Assembly (NCBI RefSeq): GCF_001949145.1 | Contig: NW_019091360.1 | Span: 1,423,599 to 1,487,598, forward strand | From: Acanthaster planci | Lineage: Eukaryota | Direction: 5' to 3' | DNA: 64,000 nucleotides | Shown here: one piece after another, positions 55,283 through 64,000 of the stretch | Numbering within the stretch: the stretch's first letter is position 1 | How the letters are laid out: every line of letters begins with the position of its first letter | Made by a program: the position numbers and the translations under genes | Notes under the pieces: model-generated | What the model was told of the DNA's origin: nothing | Database searches by the model: none | What the model saw: the letters and a program-made list of their open reading frames with translations, nothing else

Positions 55283-56139
55283 TGCTGCATGGAGTTTTTA
55301 ACCCTACAGAAGGCGGTTAGGGGGGCAGATTAATGTCTCCACCCACCAGTGACATTTTCCTTGATATTTTTGCAGTGTGTTTTCTGTTTGTACTTGGACC
55401 TCAGGGTTTTCCCGGTAATATCATACAATCATTTTGACACCAGTTTTATGAAGCTCAGACAAATGGTTCTTGTTGAACACCAATTTTTCCAAGGCAGGTC
55501 AGCTCAAAGTTCTTCCTGTACATGCTAAATGCACACAGGCTGACCACACACAAGACCGTGAACTACAAATGACCTCAACAACAAAATCGCACGTCAGATC
55601 AAATCAAAACTTCACAGATGTACTGATAATGTGGGATGGCCAAGATCGCGGTTGCGGGGCCTATTTCTCCCTATTCCGCAGGCTGTTACATGGACAAATA
55701 AAAATACCAGTTCTGTTAGGGTTAATACAAAAACAGGGTACACAGTAATCCCCGATGTGGCCTTTACCTCATTGGCAACAGGGTTGGTGCAGATGGCTCA
55801 GATTGCCTTTATGGTTTAGCCATCGAAAAAATCTTCTCTCAGATGTCACATGCCCCTTGTCAAAGATTTTTGAAACTGTGTCTTTTTACTTACCTGTTGT
55901 ACAGAAAAATCCATTTTATTGCCAAAGCAGCAGCATGTGATAGAATATCAAAGTTTATCTGTTTATTTTAATGTAAAACTATTGTGTGTCTCATACATTT
56001 TAACTATCAGAAGTGCTTAAAAAGGTTCACAAATCTGGACTCGTAGACATTGCCTGCTACACTGATAAATCATATCAAAGTTACAATCACCCGTTGTGTA
56101 TGGAGGACATGATATTTATCCTAGTTGCAAATGGACAAG

Positions 56140-56527
56140 TTCTCAATAAGCCATTTGTGAGTTCAATTTGAATAAAATCTGGTGCACTGAGTTATCTAAC
56201 TGCACATAAACATAACGATTTGAATTCCCCAGACTGAAGACACTGTTGCTATACCTCGTGATTCGGGGCAAGCTTTCGCATAGCGACCACCATCTCTGGA
56301 ATGGACTGGTTCCTTTATGCCCTTCATATCCATTCAGAACAGTGCATTGTTGCAAGTCTTGTGCCAAGGTGTCTCTTATGTAAATAAGCAAAAGCTTGCC
56401 CCGAATCACTAGGTATAGCAACAGTGATTTTAGTAAGGAGAATTCAAGTAGTTATGTTCACATGAATTAAAAGAACTCAGTGTACCAGATTTAGGTCAAA
56501 GTTAACTCGCAAATGGCTCATTAAAAT
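56140..56527. mobile_element. Long-TIR MITE, family B, copy 2 (opposite orientation)
   Basis: Imperfect inverted arms of roughly 135 bp (AGCCATTTGTGAGTT...GATTCGGGGCAAGCTTT vs AAAGCTTGCCCCGAATC...AACTCGCAAATGGCT). Confidence 0.85.
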
Positions 56528-58182
56528 AGAGCTCAGTTGGATTGCATTAAGAATTGCATTCATAGGACAAACCTCTAGTGCAAATTAGATTTGTTCACGA
56601 CTCTTTTGCCGCAAGCAGCTGCTGTGGACAAAGTCATTCTGAAATCAGTGATTGTGATCAGTGAAAGTGAGTAAGTGGTTGGCACAAGGCTTAGTAGCAT
56701 CAACAGGTGTACCAAGGTTTCACTCATGACTGATTTCAAAGCACACCACCACCACTACATTGTGATCTTATGGACGAAAACACTTGGTTTTCCAATTAGC
56801 GTGCCAAGCTACCTGTGCTGTTCTTTCTGTGATTTTCTTTTTTTGGGGGAGGAGACATTGAAGTCATACGTCTCATTGTAAATTCCAGTATTTTTCAAAA
56901 TCCTTTCAACAAGATATTTCTCCACCTACTGTTTGCGCACAAATGTCCTATTCAACAGTCCAACAGTCGCAATTTCAAAATCGGAACTTCTGGTTTGATT
57001 TGAAATGAACAATGAACCAAAATTACATGTACAATCTTTGGCCAAAATCATGTGCATTGTCAAAACAGCTGTTTGTGACCGGTCACCACAAAAAGAGCTG
57101 ACTTTTCAAAAACTGAGATATTGCATCTTTATTTCTGACATTGTTTCAACATTTCTGACCGGGCATGAATAATGCTATCATTGAAATTGATGAGAAAATT
57201 TTAAATATCTGATCCTGCTAACAAAACTGGAATTAAATAGACAGGTTACTCTTTCAAAATATCACAAACTTCCAAAATTGACCTCCATTTCAATATTTGA
57301 CTTTGAACCCTCCAAACAGGAAAGAGCCTGGTCATATTTCATCATCCTATTTGTATTTGGTTTTTCAAATAGATCCAGTTAATAGTAAGCCAAGGCAGTG
57401 AATTTAGAAGTTTCATGATTTGTTGTTGTTTGACAGACATATTCGTAATATTTGTGTCTTGGTCCCACAAAGAATGACAATGTCTGTATGCATCCAATTA
57501 TGCCAGCCATGCACACTTGTACATGTAATGAATTTCCTTTGCCCAGAACACCTACTTTGAATCAAACTCAGGACCTCAAAGTAAGCCTCTATACACGTAA
57601 ATTTCCCTTCTCAAACAGTGAAATTATACATGTAACTATGCAATTGTTGGGATTGATCCCCCGATCTTTGCACTGAGAATCCAAAATATTAAAATATTAA
57701 CATTTGAAGGTAGCAACACATTGCCAACAGCTTTGTTGGTGGGGTATTAAAGAACATAATTTCTAGCCACCTTTTCAAATATTTTCTAAAAGCGTACATG
57801 ACCACCTAACACCATAACACCAATGTGGGATTTGTGCATAGGATTTGTGCACTTGGGAAAGGTGACAAATTTGGACAAACTGAGTACATGTATTGATTTC
57901 TTGCTTGTCACCTATTTATCAGGGTGTATTTCTTTTATTTTTACACTCCAGTATTAACTGTCTTTTGTAATAAACAAATAAATACTTAGAACTTTACTGA
58001 ATTGATTTGTTTTTCTCAATCACGCAGCTCTTCTCTCTCCAGCCAGACACGATCTCACCAGAGTACAAGAAATCCTGGATTGCGAGGCCAAAAAGGTCAG
58101 AATGAGAATAAGCTGGCCAAAGACTAAGGTCAGGTTTGAGTCGCCATCCAATCTCCTCCCTCACGCCCTTAATGTTCATGAA

Positions 58183-58384
58183 CAGTGGGAATTAATGTTT
58201 ATGAATAGTGGGAACATGGCTCCCGGGAACCCCCCCCCCCACTAAAAAAAACGGATGAATGAAAATTGAACAAGGCCAACGAAAACTTGCACCAAAAAAC
58301 CACACCACTGAAAGCTGGTGCTCCCCTAAAGATGCTGGTGCCCCCTTGTAACCCCCCCCAGGTAAAGTCCTAGCAACGCCACTG
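58183..58384. mobile_element. hAT-like MITE nested in the LINE relic
   Basis: CAGTGG...CCACTG termini with identical 8-bp flanks TTCATGAA (58175-58182 and 58385-58392); poly-C tracts inside. Confidence 0.75.
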
Positions 58385-58530
58385 TTCATGAAGACCTAGT
58401 GGCAGACACCTCCACGCAGATTGTGAAGGCAGCTGTTGCCATGAATAACCTGACAGCATCTCTAGGCAGACCAAAATGAAGATGTGTAATGGTCTTCATA
58501 CTCTTTACACGGAGCCGAGACATGGCGTCT

Positions 58531-59307
58531 TGTTTATTTGAGAGTGGACATAAGGTCCTACTCAGCCTAGGACATATCTCACGATTACAAATTTTTCCTT
58601 TTTTACTTCTAAAAATATTCTCCTGATCTTGATGATCACTCTCCCAATTTTTGCCTTCTAAAAAATATCCCTCTGGAAAATATCCCCCTAACCTTGTTGA
58701 TCAATCTCCCTTTTTTTTCTGTAAAACATCCCCCAACCTTGATGTTTAGTCTATGCTATTCCCTCTCAAAAATATCCCCCTAACCTTGATGATCAGTCTC
58801 CCATTTTTTCTTCTAAAAAATATCCTCCAACCTTGATGATAGTCTACCAATTTGTTTTCGTTCTACTAAAATCATCCTAGCTGCAACGTTTATTATTCTG
58901 ATTTAATTTTCTTTCTGAAAGTATTCTCATAGGCTTAATAGTTAGTCCCGTTATTTTCCTTCTCGAAAAAACCAAAAACGACCAAACAAACAAAACAACT
59001 CCTAAGCTCCTCCATTTTCCTTCTAAAAATATCCTCCTAGCCGCGATGAGTTGTTTCGTAGAAACTTCAGTCCGTCTGAATGGGCTTATTCAGGTTCTCT
59101 CTTGCCTAATAACATCTTGTCTCATTTCTTGCCGAGATCGACAAAGACTGAATGGTCTTATCCATATACAGTCGTCTTTCTCATAATGGCACACTACTAC
59201 AGACGGTATAAATCTCCTCCATTCCGCACCAATAGCTTGCAACGTTTGACATATCGCGAGATATGTCTTAGGCTGAGTAGGACCTTATGTCCACTCTCAA
59301 TTAAACA
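58531..59307. mobile_element. Foldback-like element: about 55-bp TIRs enclosing a degenerate minisatellite
   Basis: TTGAGAGTGGACATAAGGTCCTACTCAGCCTAGGACATATCTC vs GAGATATGTCTTAGGCTGAGTAGGACCTTATGTCCACTCTCAA; inside (about 58600-59040) repeated CTAAAAA-TATCCCC-AACCTTGATGATCAGTCTCCCATTTTT units. Confidence 0.8.
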
Positions 59308-60468
59308 TCTGCAGCAGCCAAACGCCTGGGCATATTTGATACGAATGCCCTGAAGCGCCTGGAGCATTATCCGATGGTCGGATTTTATTCATCACGATCC
59401 CATCTGCTTATGTACCAACCAACCACCAGCATCGTCTCTTGCCAGACAGCGTCGGCTTTGTTACTTCAGCCAGGTCTAATGGCTTTCGCCCTCTTCCATA
59501 CCAGCTACGCTTCTACACTTTGAACCATCAGCTATCGGGGGGAAACGCCCACAAGGAAGGCCTCATCGTAGCTGGTCTGACTTAAGATCTCCAGCCTTAC
59601 TTCACTGGGCATCAGAGATGCTTGGTCTCAAGCACGTAACTCAAGCCTGTCCCAGATGGCGCCACCTGATGACATGTGTAAACTGCATGCAAGACTAAAA
59701 TGGCACAAGCTCGAATTGACTTATTGATTGAGTACATGTTCTGTTTGGAACACAAACATATGCATGAGCTTATGCAGTTGTGGAGTGTTTTAACTTTATC
59801 TAAAAACAATTACGCAACCAGGGATGAATTTATGACTTAAACAAATGTTAAGGGACAATTAAGTACTTTTGCTCCATTTCCAGCTCTGTTGGGTGATGGC
59901 AACAACCATAACTGATGTGAAATTTTTCTAAAAGGTCAGTGCACCATTATATCTTAGTTATCATTTTATGCAAAGAGTATCGCAGATAATTTTGCAAAAA
60001 AAGTATTTCCTGTTGACAGACGTTGAAAGTGCTTCAGTTGTATCCAAAATTTTTTTACCAAAATGTTTACAACTCTACTAAAAAGTAAAAAAAAAATTAC
60101 TTATTAGCAAAATAAAGATCTAGCCACTAAAAGTCAAAAGTCTCGTGACACTGATTGACTAAAATAACGGTACTTTGGTATTGCAGAACTTAAATACCAG
60201 ACCAATATGGCTGCAGCATAATCACACACAGTGGTACAACCTTCTCACATTGTCTTCCGCTCTGTATTTGGACACACTTCCCTTTCCAAGATTACAATTG
60301 TTTGGAACCAATAACGGCTAAAGCTTCATTTGTTAGTTTTTCAAATAACTTTGAAAAGGATAAATTAGGCCAATGTTAAACTCGGAAGCCATGGTTAACA
60401 TCAGGGCGATTATTGCACAGCGTTGAACAGCCTGAGACAAAGCTGACCCAAACGGCCAACCCTGCGGA

Positions 60469-63400
60469 CTACCTGTCTCCCTTTCGGCTAACTGGGGGTC
60501 TCAGTTTCTGTACATAAAGGCTGCCCTCTGTTGATTCGGACTGACAAAGTTCAGCTGGGTCTTTGGGACCTGTAGGTGCATGAATATTGTACATATCTGC
60601 ATCTGTGTAAGCTGGTTGGTTGGTATCCGGTACAATAGCGATGTTCTGTGGAACGAGCAAAACAGTAATGGAAGAGGCACCGTGCTGGCTATTGTTTGCT
60701 AGTGGATTCCAGAAATTTAGCCTTAACCCTCTGCAAGGCCATAACGTCCCTTGGGATCCTCTCGCCCTTCATTATGTTGCACCGAGTGTTCACAAACAAA
60801 AATTAGCAGAGGAGCGAAAGTAAGGAAAGCAGGCTCTAAAAATGCTTGGAAATGTCTTCAAAGAATTTGTGGAAATTTGAACACCCCATCCAAAAAACGA
60901 ATAAAATTTCGATTGTAATAAAAAGACGGATTAAAAAAGCAACGCTTTTGAGACAATCACGTAGAGATTTTCAAACTGAATGTTTAGTCCAGCCGACAGA
61001 AATATTAAAAAAAAATAATAACAATAACATTCAAATGAACGAGTATTGCATGTACCCACCCTTCTAGGTTGCCACCACTCAAAGAACCAGTACAACAGAA
61101 GATCTACCACAGCTACAATGATGAAGAATTTGCCCGCAATGGGGCCCAGCTTGTTGTATCTCTCCAGCCGCTCAGCTAGGGACAACACAGGCATCTCCAT
61201 GATGCTGCTGTAGATCTGCGCAAGAGCATCATCACATACTCCTTGAAATGGAGTTCACGGTTACGACATTATCAACAGTATGACACCAGCTGGGCTCAAC
61301 TTTGTGAATAGAACTTGAGGTCAATTCAGGCCGTCTGTGGGTGCATTTTACCAAACCAGTGAGAAGCCCCGAAGCATGGGGTCTTCTTTACCTCTCTGGT
61401 TTCTGAAATGGAAATCCCCCGAATGTGTACGCAAGTCCTCCGTGTGGTTGTGACGGAAAACCATTGCAGCTTTTCCTGTCCTCCAGGCTGAACAGTTCAG
61501 GATACTTGAAAACATTTTTTTGAATGTAAGAAAACTACCCGACAAGTCTTGTTACTACTCTCCTTGAAAAAATTGCACTTTTTCAAGATTAAAAAATTTG
61601 TCTGTGCTTTTCCTGACAAACGAGGGTGCAGGGATGTAATGTCGGTTTATACAGGAAGACACTATTTATGGGGGAGAGTCTGTTTAAATTGGGGACCCCA
61701 AATTTGCTCATCGAAGATGTTTGCAGGGAAATGTTGCTTGCTGGTTTGTAAACTAAAACTAAAAATGAAAGCCAAAAATTTGTAAAAGCAAAATAATCCA
61801 AATTCTGACAGCTTGGAGTGCCCAAATAGCTGTAACACTGGGGTTTCTCCCTTGTTGACATCACACGTTTTCTCATCAAGATATGCAAATTTAAATCAGC
61901 ATGAAAATAGAAACAGCATCAAAATGTCCTTAAAATGGCACATCCTGAATTAGAAAATTGGGTTTAATGGGACACAAAGGAGCATCTATATTGGCAACGG
62001 CATTGAAAATAAAAATTACACTGCCTGGACCCCTTAAGTGTCTCTCAAATCTCTCTTTTTCTTCACCGCGAGGGAATCTGCACAGTGAATCCCCTGACAT
62101 TTACGACTAATTCTTTCAAACTTGGGGGGCATTTGTACTGATGCATGAGTTCATTCTGCACTCACTTTTTCCGTTCTCTTGGCCACGTTCTGCCAGGTGT
62201 AGACGCCTTTCATTGTCTCATAGACCTGCTGTGCTGGTACGTGGCTTCCCTCCCTCTGTCTGGCAACGGCAACTTCCAAAGCTTCTACTAAAGCTGTTAA
62301 AATTCATCGACATACATCATTACAGTTTTATGCAGCCATTTTAACAACAGAAAAACAAATGGTGCTCAATACTCCCAGAAGACAACGTTAGCAAGAAACA
62401 AAGAAATGGAAAGAAAAAAGAAAGAAAAGAAAAAAAACAATGCAAAGTTTTGAAGTTGACTTTGGAGAGAAAAAATTCCACCATTTTTTCCCACCATAAA
62501 ATCCTCACAATTTCATATGATACCACATTCAAGCGCAAGTTGTCTTTAGACAGATGTGCAGTACTTCTTTGAATTCCTCTTACATTTGACACTTGGCTCG
62601 GCAAGAATGATAAACTCCTCCGGCAGCACTTCTGGGACTCCGCCTACTTTGGTACTGACGACCTGCAAACTAGAGGGAAAACACATACCCGGTGATCTGC
62701 ATGACATGACGCGATTCCCAACAGGTCAGCATTCTGTAGAAACACACTAAAACATAAAATGATACATTACATTGTGGGAAAGCCTCCTTGAATCTGGAGA
62801 GAAACTTGAGAGCATCGTTGGGGGAGAATCGCCCCTGCACATCAGGCTATGAGACCAGTTTTGACAGCCGATATCAGCCTCTACCCTCATGGGCACCCAC
62901 TTCGTCTTCCTGGCTGGAGCGAGGCAAGTGGGGTAAAAGGACTTGCCCAAGGTCACAACATGTCACCAGCTGCTGGATTCGAACCCCAGCCCGATAACTG
63001 AGAGTCACACCCCCTGACCACTAAGCTACACGCCCCTTACAGATAATGTTACAGTGACTTCCAAGCCTATGTAACCACTGCTACTGCCACTATCAAACCA
63101 AAACTCACCCACAGTATGCAGCCTCAACAATGGCCATGCAGAAGGCTTCGGTCAGTGACGTATTCAGGAATATATCTCCTTCATTTAGGACCTTGAAACC
63201 AACAATACAGAAGTCTTACATTTCAGATTGCCACGTCAGGCTTTACAGACAGCAGAGACAATTTCAACTGATGAGCATGCACCAAGAAATTAGGGGTCCA
63301 AAAGTGTGGCATTTCTGTGTCCCTGTTACGTCTGACCTTTGTTATTTGACATGGAAATATCACTGGAATTGATTTCAATCTATTACTTTTTGTTTGGCAG

Positions 63401-63803
63401 GCAATTTGCAATAATTCATCACTCTTGGAAATTGGGAAATGTGATCTGAACTTACAAAATCATATGTCAGATGTGACAGGGACACAGAAAAAAAATGAGC
63501 CCCTAATTTCTAGAATTACCCCTAGAACAACAAAACCCAGGAGTGAAAAGAATTGAAATTTCACAGATGTACGACTCTATACGCAGATCAAGTTTGAGAA
63601 ACATTGATCGTGGGACAACCAAGATCTCAGGTGCCCCCTCCCCATCATGAAAACATCCAAAACACTTGGCCTTCTTGGAGTTAACGCGCATCTTACATCT
63701 TTAACATTGCCATGTGGTAAAGAGCCTAGCATCCTGACTCGATCTTGCAGCTGATAGTTCTCTCTCACTTCCTCGATATCTATCCTCTTGGGTCCGTCCC
63801 CTC
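60469..63803 (-). CDS. PIGA: Phosphatidylinositol N-acetylglucosaminyltransferase subunit A; 5'-partial (last 6 coding exons)
   Basis: Exons (minus) 63803-63697, 63191-63109, 62669-62584, 62293-62166, 61215-61060, 60645-60469; phases compatible. [71 protein letters not shown]-terminal transmembrane segment. Confidence 0.95.
62795..63036 (-). mobile_element. tRNA-derived CORE-type SINE in a PIGA intron
   Basis: Minus strand GGGGCGTGTAGCTTAGTGG (A box) ... GGTTCGAATCC (B box) followed by GTGACCTTGGGCAAGT...TTGCCTC (CORE-like). The 3' boundary is approximate. Confidence 0.8.
63285..63511. mobile_element. MITE with bipartite inverted arms in a PIGA intron
   Basis: AGAAATTAGGGG / CCCCTAATTTCT and TTTCTGTGTCCCTGTTACGTCTGAC / GTCAGATGTGACAGGGACACAGAAA. 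Confidence 0.7.
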
Positions 63804-64000
63804 CTTCAAGATCAAACACAGAAACACTTTTTAGTGTCTTCCTGAAGGGCGACAAGCGTTGGACTTTGACATTTGTAGTTCTTGTGGCATCGAGAAAAAG
63901 ATGTCAAATATACATTTAATTTTGTACAGATGTACAATATGATTTGCACAGAGCTGTGGTTTCCAGTGACAATACAAATTTCACAACCCAATCTATGTCA

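Larger units (their letters stand above)
57998..59600 (+). mobile_element. Decayed non-LTR retrotransposon (RTE-like ORF2 3' end) split by two insertions
   Basis: Interrupted frames give EAKKVRMRISWPKTKV (about 58082-58130), IVKAAVAMNNL, HGAETWRL (58508-58531), then TSAAAKRLGIFDTNALKRL, RWSDFI, QRRLCYFSQV, GKRPQGRPHRSWSD (59305-59581). These are typical RT and C-terminal motifs, with stops and frameshifts. Confidence 0.75.

Noticed and set aside
62960..63036. tRNA-like sequence with A and B boxes
   Set aside because: No proper acceptor stem and it runs straight into a CORE domain, so it is a SINE head.

Overview
Eukaryotic (invertebrate metazoan) genomic DNA, AT-rich with short GT-AG introns, so most entries in the supplied ORF track are spurious or exon fragments. 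Assembling exons by hand, with splice phases checked, gives six genes: (1) two coding exons of a GPI-anchored 12-Cys Ly6/uPAR (LYPD6-like) protein, + strand, 12200-13210, joined by a GC-AG intron; (2) USP37-like deubiquitinase, - strand, 17 coding exons, 16836-41044, about 1128 aa; (3) a head-to-head C2H2 zinc-finger gene, + strand, 43869-47656, about 610 aa, with a Ser/Asn repeat and a duplicated C-terminal module I do not recognise; (4) METTL21A, - strand, 48792-50830; (5) TMEM41A, + strand, 51217-55282, head-to-head with METTL21A; (6) the 3' part of PIGA, - strand, 60469-63803, continuing off the window. Introns and intergenic DNA hold several palindromic MITE families, hAT-like elements with 8-bp target-site duplications (TSDs), CORE-type SINEs and a decayed LINE with two nested insertions. 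No rRNA, true tRNA or CRISPR array was seen. I found no clear-cut new multi-gene system. The best novelty candidates are the zinc-finger protein's duplicated module, five UIM-like motifs in USP37, non-canonical splice sites and a strong excess of TACATGTA. Homology calls come from my recollection of human sequences, not from a database search.
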